Shown: positions 39,155-49,587, numbered from the stretch's first letter. The stretch: DNA of 64,000 nt from an uncultured archaeon (GCA_963817525.1 CAWFOU010000001.1:32001-96000), one strand, 5' to 3'. Notes: generated by a model from the letters alone, not told the origin. Numbers and translations: made by a program.

Positions 39155-40618
39155 CTACGACTTCACCACAATGGTCCCGGTCATCCACGGGTGGATGCTG
39201 CAGTGGTATTGGTATGTGCCCGGAACTGTGAAGCTCATGGAGAAGGTGGCTCCTGGGGCTAGACTCCCGTCATTGAACGACTGAGCTCCCGCGGGGACGC
39301 TGAGCGACGTCACGGTGTGGGCAGCGACGTCATTATTCGTCCACGTCACAGTGTTGTTGACTCCGATGACTACCGTGACGCTGCTTGGGCTGAAGTTCAG
39401 GCTCTCGTTCGCCCCCGTGCCGCTGGGTATCGAAACGTTGACTGCCGCGGCCCCGGGGTTTGCAGAACCCAAGCCTGGCGGGACCGTCTGACCGATGTAG
39501 TCGCCTATCACTTGGGCCGAGTATGGCCAGTTGAGCTGGTCAGGGCCGTTACCGGGGGCGTTGGTCATCCCGTACTGGTAGACCGTCTGGTTGGCGTTGT
39601 TGACTATTATGACGCGGTCGTTGAGCGTGTCGGCGATGCTTGTGTCACCATTGGCGAGTCGGAATGCGTTGGAGGGGTATGGCGTGGGGTTGCTGTTCTC
39701 GGTGTCGTTGGTGAAGTACTGCCACACGACCTGTCCCGCCGGATTCACCTCTACGATGCGGGAATGTCCTGCGTCCGCAATGAGGGTGTCGTTGTTGGGG
39801 AGCCGGCTGGCGAACGCAGCGGTCTGAAGGCCTTGGCTGTACTGCCAGACGATGCCGCCACTCTGGTTGACCTCTATTACCCGGTTGTTGTCCTGGTCAG
39901 CGATGAGAATGTCGCCGTTGGGGAGTTGCTCCGCGCTGTTGGGGTTGTTGAGCGCTCCGGGTCCAGAGGCAGGTCCGTATGACCAGGTGATCTGCTTCGT
40001 CGAGTTGACCTCGATCACGCGATTGTTGCCCTGGTCGGTTATCAGGACGTTCCCATTCGTCAGTTGGACCGCGAAGACGGGAACGCTCAGCTGGTTAGGG
40101 CCAGAGCCGGTGACCCCCGCCTGCCCGTACTGCCAGACTATGCTCCCCGCCTGATTCACAATTATCACACGGTTGTCGACACAGGCAGCAACGGGCGGGA
40201 AGCCTGCGGGATTGCCCGTCCCCGCAATTAGTGTCAACCCGCCGGGTAGGCGCTCCGCGTCGTTGGGCCCTATCACCGAACCGGGACCTGGATTGCACAG
40301 CGACCCGTTCCCGGAGCCAAAGCTCCACACGATCTGGTTCGTAAGCGGGTCAAGCTCTATCACTCGGTTGTTGAACTCATCAGTGATTAACAGATTCCCG
40401 GGAGTGTTGAACGGGCCTCCGGACAGAGCAGACGTCGACATGTTGCCGATAGACGAAGCGACAGAGGAGCTGATGGCGGCAATGCTGGATGTGGTCTTCG
40501 AGCCGCTCTCGAGACTATAGGCTGCCAAGGCGCCGACCACCAGGATCAAGAGCACTACCGTGCCAGCGACAATCCGCACTCGGCTTTTCTTCAACTGGGT
40601 CGATTGTCCTACGCTCAA
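39155..40618 (-). CDS. membrane-anchored NHL-like beta-propeller fused to a C-terminal cupredoxin
   Basis: repeated LIADxxNNRVIEV...IVWQY; HTV...YHCSIHPWM type-1 Cu ligands. Confidence 0.85.
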   Translation of the reverse strand: MSVGQSTQLKKSRVRIVAGTVVLLILVVGALAAYSLESGSKTTSSIAAISSSVASSIGNMSTSALSGGPFNTPGNLLITDEFNNRVIELDPLTNQIVWSFGSGNGSLCNPGPGSVIGPNDAERLPGGLTLIAGTGNPAGFPPVAACVDNRVIIVNQAGSIVWQYGQAGVTGSGPNQLSVPVFAVQLTNGNVLITDQGNNRVIEVNSTKQITWSYGPASGPGALNNPNSAEQLPNGDILIADQDNNRVIEVNQSGGIVWQYSQGLQTAAFASRLPNNDTLIADAGHSRIVEVNPAGQVVWQYFTNDTENSNPTPYPSNAFRLANGDTSIADTLNDRVIIVNNANQTVYQYGMTNAPGNGPDQLNWPYSAQVIGDYIGQTVPPGLGSANPGAAAVNVSIPSGTGANESLNFSPSSVTVVIGVNNTVTWTNNDVAAHTVTSLSVPAGAQSFNDGSLAPGATFSMSFTVPGTYQYHCSIHPWMTGTIVVKS

Positions 40619-40648
40619 CTGATGGAACAGCTCCTGAGGCTCTCCATG

Positions 40649-40706
40649 CTACTATCGCAGTAGTATCTTCCCCCGACATATATAAAAGCTACTATCGCGA
40701 TAGTAG
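40649..40706. promoter_or_regulatory. tandem palindromic operators around a TATA box between divergent genes
   Basis: perfect CTACTATCGCGATAGTAG (40689-40706) and imperfect CTACTATCGCAGTAGTAT (40649-40666) flank TATATAAA. Confidence 0.8.
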
Positions 40707-41138
40707 ATGTGGCCAGCGAGGAGAGCGACAGTTTCAAGCAGAGACCCTGAGATAGGCGACCTTGAGGCAGACGTCCTCAAGACCCTGAAGCGGCTTGGCG
40801 GTGCCTCAGCGGGCGAGATAGTTGAGGAGCTCAAGCCAGGCAGGGTCCTCGCTTACACCACAGTGAGCACGACGTTGGACAGGCTTCACAGGAAGGGCTT
40901 GATCGCGAGGAAGTCTATATCAGGGAGGACCGGCCAGAAATACGTCTATTCCTTCCCGGGCAACCCTGGCCTCGAGAAACAAATGGTCAACAAGATGGTA
41001 GACAAGCTCGTGAGCGCGTTCGGTCCCTCGGTAGCCTCGACGATCTACGACAGGCTGAGCGAGGTCTCGCCTGATGAGGCCGCCAAGCTCAGGGAGGCCA
41101 TCGACGGCAAACTTAAGGCTCAGAAGGAGCGCCGATGA
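40707..41138 (+). CDS. BlaI/MecI/CopY family repressor
   Basis: GDLEADVL, LAYTTVSTTLDRLHRKG. Confidence 0.9.
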   Translation: MWPARRATVSSRDPEIGDLEADVLKTLKRLGGASAGEIVEELKPGRVLAYTTVSTTLDRLHRKGLIARKSISGRTGQKYVYSFPGNPGLEKQMVNKMVDKLVSAFGPSVASTIYDRLSEVSPDEAAKLREAIDGKLKAQKERR

Positions 41139-41144
41139 TCTAGC

Positions 41145-42083
41145 TTGGGCCTCCTTGACTTCGCCTCTGATTACTTCACCAGCCAGCCGATTCTCGAGAC
41201 TCTCGCCCTGATGTATTCCTTGCTCGCCCTGCTTTTCGTCGTCTTCAAGCTCGAAAAGCACCGGCCGCACACGAGGGTGCGGATACTCTTCGCCTCCTTC
41301 GCCGTCGTGATATCGATGTGGAGCTTCGTCGCGTCGAGCCTTCTCATCTGCAACGCCTTCCTCGGCCTTTACCAGAGCAACGAGGACCTCGCCGTCGGGA
41401 CCGTCTTCGGCCTCGCTCTCTTGGCGAGCTTAGTGATCGCCCTTCCCCTCTCTGCCTTCGTGACGTTCAGGGTGCCCGGAGTGATGACCGGAAGGCTCCT
41501 CGAGAGGCTCTCGGAGCCAGAGGTCGCGGTGACAGAGATGGCCGACAGGATTGCCAAGACCCTACGCGTACCCGCGCTCAGGATCCTCCAGTCACCGAGC
41601 GGGGTCGCGTTCGCCTATTCGGTGGAGAGCGCCGAGAGCGTGGTGGTCGTCTCGAAGGGCCTGACAGCCCGACTCGACGGAGACGAGCTCGAGACCGTGG
41701 TCGCCCACGAGCTGGCTCACCTCAAGAACCATGATTCCCTGCTGAATACCATTATGGCGGTCTACAGAAGGGTCCTCTTCTTCGACCCTTTCATCCGCGC
41801 CCTCCAGCGGGCGACCTACGGCGAAAACGAGTTTTCTGCGGACGAGCTTTCTGCACGCGTGACCGAGAAGCCTCTTTCGCTCGCGTCCGCCCTCCTGAAG
41901 ATCAGTTCCGCGCAGTCCGGCAGCCCGCCTTCCTCGGAAAGGGCAGAAGGTCTCTCCATCCTCGCGAACGGCAAGAGCCTAAGACCACCCAGCGTAAAAG
42001 AGAGGATCGAGAGGCTCATCAGCCTCTCGGGCGAATTCGCGCGCGACCGAGTCCATGCCAAGACCGCCCTCAGCGTCGGCTGA
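41145..42083 (+). CDS. M48/M56 membrane metallopeptidase (BlaR1/HtpX-like)
   Basis: N-terminal TMs, AHELAH, EFSADE, LASALLKI, PSVKERI. Confidence 0.88.
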   Translation: MGLLDFASDYFTSQPILETLALMYSLLALLFVVFKLEKHRPHTRVRILFASFAVVISMWSFVASSLLICNAFLGLYQSNEDLAVGTVFGLALLASLVIALPLSAFVTFRVPGVMTGRLLERLSEPEVAVTEMADRIAKTLRVPALRILQSPSGVAFAYSVESAESVVVVSKGLTARLDGDELETVVAHELAHLKNHDSLLNTIMAVYRRVLFFDPFIRALQRATYGENEFSADELSARVTEKPLSLASALLKISSAQSGSPPSSERAEGLSILANGKSLRPPSVKERIERLISLSGEFARDRVHAKTALSVG

Positions 42084-42094
42084 GGGGATCAGCT

Positions 42095-43024
42095 TCAAAG
42101 AAATATCGGGCTGCTCGTCTTGCTCGAGGCGAGCACGGCCTCCGCTATCCGCGTCACCATGAGGCCGTCCTTCCCTGTGATGAGGGGCTGCCTCCCTTCG
42201 TCGATGGCTGACGTGTACCCCTTCAGCTCGAGCATCAGGGGCTCCCCGAAGGTGTGTTTCGGGACGCTCGTCCCCGACTCCTCGTGCACCTGTATCTCCT
42301 GAGAGATGAAGTCCAGGGTCACGACCGCCTTCTCGAACACCGCGCTCAGCTGCCTTACCCTGCTGGGCGTCACCCAGTTCGTGGTGATGAACGCGGTCCT
42401 TTCGTCGCCGAACCCGAGGAGGATGGTCGCGAAGTCCTCGTTCTTGCCCATCACGCTCCCCACCCGCGCGTAGACCGTCTTCGGCTCCTCCCCGAAGAGC
42501 CACCTCGCAGTGTCGATGTCGTGGACCGAGGCGTCCTTGACCACGCCCACGTCGACTATGTTCTCGCCTCTCCTGTTCTCTCGATGGTACTCGAAAAGGA
42601 TAGGCCTCCCTAGAGTCCCCTGGGTTATCATCTTCTTCAGCTCCGTGATGGCCGGGTTGAAGCGCTCGATGAACCCGACGGTCAGGATCTTCTTGACCTT
42701 CTCGGCCTCCTTGATGAGGTCCTGCGCCTCCCCCACGGTGCTCGTCATGGGCTTCTCCACGAAGGCGTTGACACCCGCCCTCAGCACCTTGCTCGCGACG
42801 GCGAAGTGCGTCGACGCGGGGGTGCATATCGTGACCCCGTCGGGCTTCTCCTTCTCGAGGAGGTCGTCGACGCTGGAGTATCCCTTGACGCGGAACTTCT
42901 CCGCGTAGGCGGCGGCCCTCGACGCGTCCAGGTCGCACACGGCGACGAGGCTCCCCAGCTCGCTGAGGACCCTCACGTGGTTCTTGCCCCAGCCGCCCGT
43001 GCCAATGACGGCGATTCTAGCCAT
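42095..43024 (-). CDS. Gfo/Idh/MocA oxidoreductase (nucleotide-sugar dehydrogenase-like)
   Basis: IGTGGWG, VEKP, GFIERFNPA, DASVHDID. Confidence 0.92.
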   Translation of the reverse strand: MARIAVIGTGGWGKNHVRVLSELGSLVAVCDLDASRAAAYAEKFRVKGYSSVDDLLEKEKPDGVTICTPASTHFAVASKVLRAGVNAFVEKPMTSTVGEAQDLIKEAEKVKKILTVGFIERFNPAITELKKMITQGTLGRPILFEYHRENRRGENIVDVGVVKDASVHDIDTARWLFGEEPKTVYARVGSVMGKNEDFATILLGFGDERTAFITTNWVTPSRVRQLSAVFEKAVVTLDFISQEIQVHEESGTSVPKHTFGEPLMLELKGYTSAIDEGRQPLITGKDGLMVTRIAEAVLASSKTSSPIFL

Positions 43025-43077
43025 GAGGTAGACTTTGGCCACTTTCTGGCGGTTTTAACGGTTTATGGAAAGCCGAC

Positions 43078-44214
43078 TCATGCTCGAACGATCCCGCTGG
43101 TCGCCCTGAGTATGGTGATCTCGGAGCTCCTGAACGTCTTCTTGAGGCCCTTGAACCACTCGTAGTCAGCGGGGGTGCAGACTATCGCGAGCGTGTGCTT
43201 GTACCCGTCAATGATGTCGTCCGTCCTGGACCTGACGTCCACCTGCCTCACGTCGGTGACGTAGTCCCTCAGCTTCTCGGTGAGAGAGAGCGCGGTGGCC
43301 AGCCTGTCGGCGCGCATCTCGTATTTGTCTGCCGACCAGGCCACGAGCACTCGGGTCCTGCTCGCCTTGAGCTGGAGCTGCCTCAAGAGGTCCCGCGTCT
43401 CCTCGACGACGTAGCGCTCGTAGTTCTCCACGCTCTTGACCGCCGCGCCCGCAAGGTAAGTTATCGGCTCGCCCACGTCCTCGCTCGACTGGATGGCTGT
43501 AAGGTCGAAGATGAGCGAGGCCAGCTGGTCGACGTACCTCTCCGGCTCGGCCGCCCTCTCCACCTTCAGCTCTCGGGCCTTGCGCATGAGCTCGACCTCG
43601 GCAGCCATCGAGGTGCACAAGGCCAGGACGAGCGAAATGTACTCGAGCTCCGTCGCAGGGATGCCCCCGTAGCTCACCTTGAACCCAAGGTCCTCCAGCG
43701 AGACGAACTCCTTCGACGCGGCCTTCGACCCGAGGACCGCTACCTCGGAGCCATGCGCTTGGATCGGGCCGGTCGGGAGATAGGCGTAGTTGATCTTCTC
43801 CCCTGCCCTCATGCCCGTCTGCTTCTCGAGCATTGCGACGTTGTCCGCGTTCCCCCCCACCCCGGTCGGGAGGAGGTTGATCACCGTCGACCCCGTGGCC
43901 GCGTACTTCGAGACCTCCCTGAGCTTCGAGCTGGCCTCGATGACGGACTCGTCCCCCACCTTCCTAAGCTTGGGGGTGAACACGATGACGCCCGCCTCCG
44001 AGAGCACCTGCGAGACAGGCTTCAAGCCCATGAGGATCTCGTCATCGACGAGGTCCTGGACCGTCTTGTGCGCCTTCACCATCCCAGGCTCGAGGTCCAT
44101 GGCCATCTGGAGGGTCTCGTCCACAAGGGTGACGGAGGCCTTCTCGATGAGGCGGCCGGCCACGGAGTAACCTTCGCTGGTCATGCCGTAGACCGCAACC
44201 TTCGGCTTTGGCAA
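43078..44214 (-). CDS. degenerate UDP-glucose/GDP-mannose dehydrogenase-like protein
   Basis: overall layout of the family, but VYGMTSEG replaces GxGxxG and no catalytic GGxC. Confidence 0.55.
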   Translation of the reverse strand: MPKPKVAVYGMTSEGYSVAGRLIEKASVTLVDETLQMAMDLEPGMVKAHKTVQDLVDDEILMGLKPVSQVLSEAGVIVFTPKLRKVGDESVIEASSKLREVSKYAATGSTVINLLPTGVGGNADNVAMLEKQTGMRAGEKINYAYLPTGPIQAHGSEVAVLGSKAASKEFVSLEDLGFKVSYGGIPATELEYISLVLALCTSMAAEVELMRKARELKVERAAEPERYVDQLASLIFDLTAIQSSEDVGEPITYLAGAAVKSVENYERYVVEETRDLLRQLQLKASRTRVLVAWSADKYEMRADRLATALSLTEKLRDYVTDVRQVDVRSRTDDIIDGYKHTLAIVCTPADYEWFKGLKKTFRSSEITILRATSGIVRA

Positions 44215-44315
44215 AATGGGGGGCTCTGCGCCTCACGTGGCCTGCGTGAGATTATAGACTTGATGCCCCACGAGAGTCGTGTTTTTATCATATCTCAGGC
44301 GAGCGAGTTTTCGCC

Positions 44316-45377
44316 TTGAGGATCTGGATCGAAATAGTGACGCCGAAACAGGTCCTTTTCTTTCGACCCGTGATCGACATCCTGCGAAAGGAGGGCCACG
44401 AGGTCCTCGCGACCTCCAGGAGGTATCGGGAAGTGGAGCAGCTAGCGTCCATGCACAGGCTAGACCTCTCCTTCGTCGGCTCCAGGGGCGGGAAGGACCC
44501 GCGCGAGCAGCTCGCGAGAAGCATCGAGCGTATGGAGCTTCTCCTCCCCGTGGTCGCGGGATTCTCCCCGGACGTCTCGGTCTCGGTCGCGTCCGCGGAC
44601 TGCGCCAGGATCTCCTTCGGGCTCAGGGTCAGGCACGTCGCCGTCAACGACTCCCCCCACTCCCTCGTCGCAGGGAGGCTCTCCCTCCCTCTCTCTTACC
44701 ACCTGATTACCCCCTGGATAATCCCCTACTCCGCGTGGTCGGTCTTCGGGGTTTCCAGGAAAGAGATCTCAAGATACAAGGCCCTCGACCCCGCAGCGTG
44801 GCTCAAGCGCAGGCCGAGAGCCGCGCCGCGAAGGGACACGGGGAGCGGGGGGAGGGCGACGATCCTGGTGAGGCTGGAGGAGTCCTACGCCCCTTACTTG
44901 GCGGGCAGCGACGAGTCGTGGACCGAGAGGGTTCTGGTGCGCCTGGCGCGAGACTTTCAGGGGCACGAGCTCGTCGCGCTCTGCAGGTACGAGGACCAGC
45001 TCGCCAGCGTCAGGGAGAAGTTCGGCGATTCGTTCGAGGTGCCCACGAAGGCCGTGGACGGGGCGGGCATGATCGAGCGCTCCGACGTGTTCGTGGGCAT
45101 GGGCGGGACGATGACCGCCGAGGCCGCGCTGTTGGGGGTCCCGGCGGTCTCCGCGTTCCAGGGCGCGGAGCTATACACCGAGAAGTACCTGCTCTCCAAG
45201 AGGCTGCTCCTCAGGGCGAGGAGCGTCGCCGAGGTCTCAAAGTGCGTCAGCGCGTCCCTCGAACGCAGATACAGGGACGGCTATCAACGCAGGGGGCGAG
45301 CCGCCCTCGATTGGATGGAGGACCCCGCCGCTAACGTAGGAGGATACCTCAACGCTCTCGGGCCCGGCCGCCCCTGA
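44316..45377 (+). CDS. DUF354 family protein (GT-B-like)
   Basis: MRIWIEIVTPKQVLFF, GMGGTMTAEAALLGVP. Confidence 0.88.
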   Translation: MRIWIEIVTPKQVLFFRPVIDILRKEGHEVLATSRRYREVEQLASMHRLDLSFVGSRGGKDPREQLARSIERMELLLPVVAGFSPDVSVSVASADCARISFGLRVRHVAVNDSPHSLVAGRLSLPLSYHLITPWIIPYSAWSVFGVSRKEISRYKALDPAAWLKRRPRAAPRRDTGSGGRATILVRLEESYAPYLAGSDESWTERVLVRLARDFQGHELVALCRYEDQLASVREKFGDSFEVPTKAVDGAGMIERSDVFVGMGGTMTAEAALLGVPAVSAFQGAELYTEKYLLSKRLLLRARSVAEVSKCVSASLERRYRDGYQRRGRAALDWMEDPAANVGGYLNALGPGRP

Positions 45378-45473
45378 TTCCTGGCTCAAGATATTGCGCC
45401 TCTATATTCCCTAGGACGCCCAATATACCCCATCGATAATCAATAAATCGCGATTCTGGGAAAACAGACGCAA

Positions 45474-45773
45474 GTGAATAGAGAAATGGAAAACCTAGTA
45501 GTGCGAAGAGAGGTCGAGGAGTCTGGCTCGTTAGCCAAGAAGCTCCCAATCATGAAGACGCTCGCCAGCCAGCACCAGTGCGACGTGGAGACGCTATACA
45601 GCAGCGTAGACGCGAGCGAGGTGGACGTCCACGACATCCTCACGGAGATGCTCTCCGAGAAGGAGGTGGAGTCCTCGTCCGGGAACGCGCGAGGAGGGAG
45701 GTTCGCCCTCACCCTCAAGGGCTGGGCAGAGTACCTGAAGGTCCTGGGCTCCATCTACGAGCTCCCGGAATAG
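45474..45773 (+). CDS. small winged-helix-like hypothetical protein
   Basis: FALTLKG wing-like motif. Confidence 0.55.
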   Translation: MNREMENLVVRREVEESGSLAKKLPIMKTLASQHQCDVETLYSSVDASEVDVHDILTEMLSEKEVESSSGNARGGRFALTLKGWAEYLKVLGSIYELPE

Positions 45774-45955
45774 CCAATCGGCGCGACCGAGGCCGAACGA
45801 CGCCTTTGTTTTTGCTTTCCCAGGACTGGGGCCTCGGCGCCGAGAAACCGGCAAGACCCCCAGATGATTTATATTGCAACCAAGGGCGAGACCACAAGGA
45901 TGCCTCGGAGCGGACCCTCACGCCCCCGAAGGGCAATCTGAGCGCGCGCTAGACC

Positions 45956-46453
45956 ATGGATATCTACTTGTTCAGACACGCGGAGGCGGGGAAGAGGATA
46001 CCTGCCCGCGCGAGGGACATCGAGCGCTCCCTGACGGTGGAGGGAAAGGAGGAGCTGGAGGACATCGCCCGCTCGCTTGCGAGGCTGAAGATAAAGCCCG
46101 ACCACATCGTCTCGAGCCCGCTGAAGCGGACGCGCGAGACCGCGGACATCGTCGCGAAGGCGCTGAAGCAGCGAGGCAAGGTGGAGATCTGGGACGAGCT
46201 AAAGCCCGAGGGGAGCAAACTGGATCTCTTCAAGAGGCTCTCGAAGCTAAAGCCGGAGGCGACCGTACTCTGCGTCGGCCACGAGCCCTACCTCTCGCAG
46301 GCGATCAACGAGGTGATGGGGCACCAGGGGCCGCCGAGGATACTGTTGAGGAAGTGCGGCTTGGCGCGGCTCTCGGTCAAGGCGTTCAGTCCGAAGGTGG
46401 AAGGAGAACTTAGATGGCTGTTGACACCAAGGCTCCTGAAGCGGATGTCGTAG
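45956..46453 (+). CDS. sixA: phosphohistidine phosphatase SixA
   Basis: RHAEA, SSPLKRTRETA, VGHEP. Confidence 0.92.
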   Translation: MDIYLFRHAEAGKRIPARARDIERSLTVEGKEELEDIARSLARLKIKPDHIVSSPLKRTRETADIVAKALKQRGKVEIWDELKPEGSKLDLFKRLSKLKPEATVLCVGHEPYLSQAINEVMGHQGPPRILLRKCGLARLSVKAFSPKVEGELRWLLTPRLLKRMS

Positions 46454-48018
46454 GCTACGGTCCCGAGGGGTTCGCCCCCTCGACCGGCTTCACGGCCTCC
46501 GTCCTCGACCTCGGATTCAACTCCGCGAAGCTTGCGACATACCACGTGGGCGGGAGGACCAGCTACAGGATAGTCTCGCAGGAGGACGCCAAGGTGAAGC
46601 TGGGCGAGGAGCTGGACGAGACGGGCTTCCTCGCGGTCCCGCCGATGGAGAGGACGCTCAGGGTCCTGAAGATGTTCAGGGAGATCGTCGACTTCGAGTC
46701 GCCCAGGTACGTCCTTCCCGTAGCCACCAGCGCAGTGAGGGAGGCCGCCAACAGGGGCGAGTTCCTGCACCTCGCCGAGGAGACGTCCAAGTTCAAGTTC
46801 AGGGTCCTCTCGGAGCAGGAGGAGGCGCTCCTCTCGTACTTCGGGGCCGTCCAGGCGCTGAGGATCCCCACCGGGGTGTTCTTCGACCTCGGCGGAGGGA
46901 CCCTCGCCATGGTCTACGCGGAGGACTTCAGGGTCAAGAAGGTGATCTGCCTCCCGCTGGGGGCGAGGAGGCTCACCTACCTCTACGGCAACCCGAAGAA
47001 GGGAGGACTGTTCGTGCGGAAGGATTACGAGAGGATGAGGGAGCACATCACCGAGCTCCTGCCGAGCAGGAAGGAGCTCCGCCTTTCCAAGAAGACGCAG
47101 CTCATTGGGGTGGGAGGGACGGTCAGGGCCATCGCGAGCTACCACGCTGACAAGTCGAAGTACCCCTTCGAGAAGCTGCACAACTACGTGATGGACTACG
47201 ACGAGGTCGCCTGGACGACGTCGCAGTTCTTCAGGATGAAGAGGCGCCAAATGAGGGCGCTCAGGTCGATGGGCCAGGCGAGGGCGGAGACCATGGCCGC
47301 GGGCTCCTGCGTAGTGAGGCTGCTGATGAAGTCCCTCGGGGTCTCAGAGCTCGTGGCGAGCACCCACGGCCTCCGCGAGGGGACGCTCGCGCTCTTCCTC
47401 CATGACCACCGCTGGTTCAACGCGAGGAGCTTCGAGCCCGCGACGATAGACAGGCAGCTGAGCTCCGGCGGCAGGGCCTGGATGACCACCTGGGAGCGCC
47501 TCGTGGGCGAAGTCTTCTCCGCGCGGATGATCACCGAATACGAGCGCAGCCTGCTCCTGGAGGCGCTCAAGATAGTGAGGAACGCCCCCCAGGCCGCTGA
47601 CCTGAAGGCGAGGTTCCACGAGCTCATCGGCGTCGACTCGTCGCTGAGCCACGTCGACCAGCTGAAGGTCGTGATAGCGATCATGGTCGCCGCGAGCGGG
47701 AGCTACGCGAACGTCCTCGTCGACCAGTTCATGCCGCCGCTGAGACGGAAGGACAAGGAGACGATCAAGAGGCTCGCGGCAGCCTACCAGCTGCTCGAGC
47801 TCATCGAGCTGATGAAGGCCGGCCTTTCGATATCGGGCTCGGCGGACTCGGGGAGGCCGGTCAAGATGGAGATAGTCGTCAGAGGGGTCTACGCGGAGGA
47901 GCTCCTCGCCCGTGCCATCTCCACCGTCAGGGAAGACCTCAAGATAGACGTCGACTACTCGGTTATCAAGGAGCGCAAGGCCACCCCGCCCGGGGCCGAA
48001 CAGGTGATCGCATCGTGA
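46414..48018 (+). CDS. ppx: exopolyphosphatase Ppx/GppA family
   Basis: DLGFNS, ATSAVREAAN, DLGGGT, GVGGT, GLREG. Confidence 0.9.
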   Translation: MAVDTKAPEADVVGYGPEGFAPSTGFTASVLDLGFNSAKLATYHVGGRTSYRIVSQEDAKVKLGEELDETGFLAVPPMERTLRVLKMFREIVDFESPRYVLPVATSAVREAANRGEFLHLAEETSKFKFRVLSEQEEALLSYFGAVQALRIPTGVFFDLGGGTLAMVYAEDFRVKKVICLPLGARRLTYLYGNPKKGGLFVRKDYERMREHITELLPSRKELRLSKKTQLIGVGGTVRAIASYHADKSKYPFEKLHNYVMDYDEVAWTTSQFFRMKRRQMRALRSMGQARAETMAAGSCVVRLLMKSLGVSELVASTHGLREGTLALFLHDHRWFNARSFEPATIDRQLSSGGRAWMTTWERLVGEVFSARMITEYERSLLLEALKIVRNAPQAADLKARFHELIGVDSSLSHVDQLKVVIAIMVAASGSYANVLVDQFMPPLRRKDKETIKRLAAAYQLLELIELMKAGLSISGSADSGRPVKMEIVVRGVYAEELLARAISTVREDLKIDVDYSVIKERKATPPGAEQVIAS

Positions 48019-48794
48019 TGGACCAGGCAAAGCGCTCGGGGAACGGCGGGACCAAGGCCCGCAAGTCCGGAGGCACCACATCCAGAAGGGTGACAAACCA
48101 CGCCTGGGATCCGGCGGCGGGAAGGCTGATCGCCGTGGAGGGCGTCGACGGGTCGGGCAAGTCAACGCAGCTGCACCTCCTAGAGCAGTGGCTGAGGCAC
48201 CAGAACCTCAAGGTCTTCAAGACGGAGTGGAACTCCTCCGAGACGGTCAAGGAGATAACGTCGCGGGGAAAGAAGAAGGGCCTCCTCACGCCGACGACCT
48301 TCAGCCTCCTTCACGCGACGGATTTCGCGGACAGGTACGAGAGGAACATCCTCCCGCTGTTGGAGGCGGGATACTTCGTCCTCGCCGACCGATACGTGTT
48401 CACCGCGTACGCCAGAGACATCGTCCGCGGTTGCCACCCGGGATGGGTGAGGAAGATCTACAGCTATGCCGCGAAGCCTGACCTGACGCTATACTTCCGG
48501 GTCCCAGTGGAGGTCGCCGTCTCCCGCATACTTGCGGGGCGGCCGAAGCTAAAGTACTACGAGGCGGGGATGGACCTCAACCTGTCAAACGACCCCTACG
48601 AGAGCTACAGGATCTTCCAGGGGAGGATAGTCGAGCAGTACGAGTCGATGGTCGAGACGGAGGGTCTCGTGGCGATCGACGCCAACCGCGGGATCGAAGA
48701 GCAGCAGATAGAGGTCAGAGAGCGCGTAAAGAAGCTGTTCGGCGATAGCAAGCTGGGGCCAGTCACGACACAGCCGGCGAGAGCACATGGCTAG
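48015..48794 (+). CDS. thymidylate-kinase-like protein, probable PPK3 subunit with intact P-loop
   Basis: EGVDGSGKSTQ, ADRY, YYEAGMD; sits in a ppx/sixA/CHAD operon. Confidence 0.8.
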   Translation: MMDQAKRSGNGGTKARKSGGTTSRRVTNHAWDPAAGRLIAVEGVDGSGKSTQLHLLEQWLRHQNLKVFKTEWNSSETVKEITSRGKKKGLLTPTTFSLLHATDFADRYERNILPLLEAGYFVLADRYVFTAYARDIVRGCHPGWVRKIYSYAAKPDLTLYFRVPVEVAVSRILAGRPKLKYYEAGMDLNLSNDPYESYRIFQGRIVEQYESMVETEGLVAIDANRGIEEQQIEVRERVKKLFGDSKLGPVTTQPARAHG

Positions 48795-49587
48795 CGAGAG
48801 CCCCGAGTTCGACGACGACGACCAGGAGGCCGTCCCAAGGCCCTACTCGGTCCAGCAGCCCTTGCCTCCCGCGTCTGGCAAGGAGGGCGGGAAGAGGAGG
48901 CTCAAGTTCTACGGCCACGGGATGCCCTACCTCAAGGACCTCGAGGTGAAGGGGCACCTCATCGTGATAGAGGGGCCTGACGCCTCGGGGCGGAGCACCC
49001 ACACCCAGAGGATACAGGCCAAGCTCGAGGCCGACGGGCACGCCGTCCTGGGGACGGGACTGAAGCGCTCCGAGCTCATCAGCGAGGGGATCATCGAGGC
49101 GAAGGGCAACCTCGGGGTGGGGAAGCGCACCCTGTCGCTCTTCTACGCCGCGGACTTTGCAGACCAGCTCGAGAACAAGATAATCCCAGCGCTCGAGGCC
49201 GGGTACGTCGTGCTGGCTGACCGCTACATCTACACCCTCATAGCTAGGAACAACGTGAGGGGGATCGAGCGGCGGTGGTCGAGGAGCCTCTTCGGTTTCA
49301 CCCTCGTCCCCGACCTCATCTTCTACCTCGACGTGAGGCCTGAGGAGCTCGTCCACCGCGTGTTCCAGAAGAACTCCATCCTGGACTACTACGAGTCGGG
49401 GATGGACATCGGGCTCTCCGACGACATGTACAAATCCTTCCTGATCTATCAGGGCAAGATGGCGAAGGAGTTCGAGAAGATGAAGAAGCTCTTCGGGCTC
49501 CAGTTCGTCGACGGGAACCGCGCCATCGACAAGGTCGACTCTGACCTCCAGGCGCGCATAGACGAGTTCCTGAACCGGCCGAGATGA
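48787..49587 (+). CDS. thymidylate-kinase-like protein, probable second PPK3 subunit (P-loop K to R)
   Basis: EGPDASGRST, ADRY, YYESGMD. Confidence 0.8.
   Translation: MASESPEFDDDDQEAVPRPYSVQQPLPPASGKEGGKRRLKFYGHGMPYLKDLEVKGHLIVIEGPDASGRSTHTQRIQAKLEADGHAVLGTGLKRSELISEGIIEAKGNLGVGKRTLSLFYAADFADQLENKIIPALEAGYVVLADRYIYTLIARNNVRGIERRWSRSLFGFTLVPDLIFYLDVRPEELVHRVFQKNSILDYYESGMDIGLSDDMYKSFLIYQGKMAKEFEKMKKLFGLQFVDGNRAIDKVDSDLQARIDEFLNRPR

Noticed and set aside
39550-40400. Recurring DNA motifs
   Set aside because: Explained by beta-propeller blade repeats in the encoded protein
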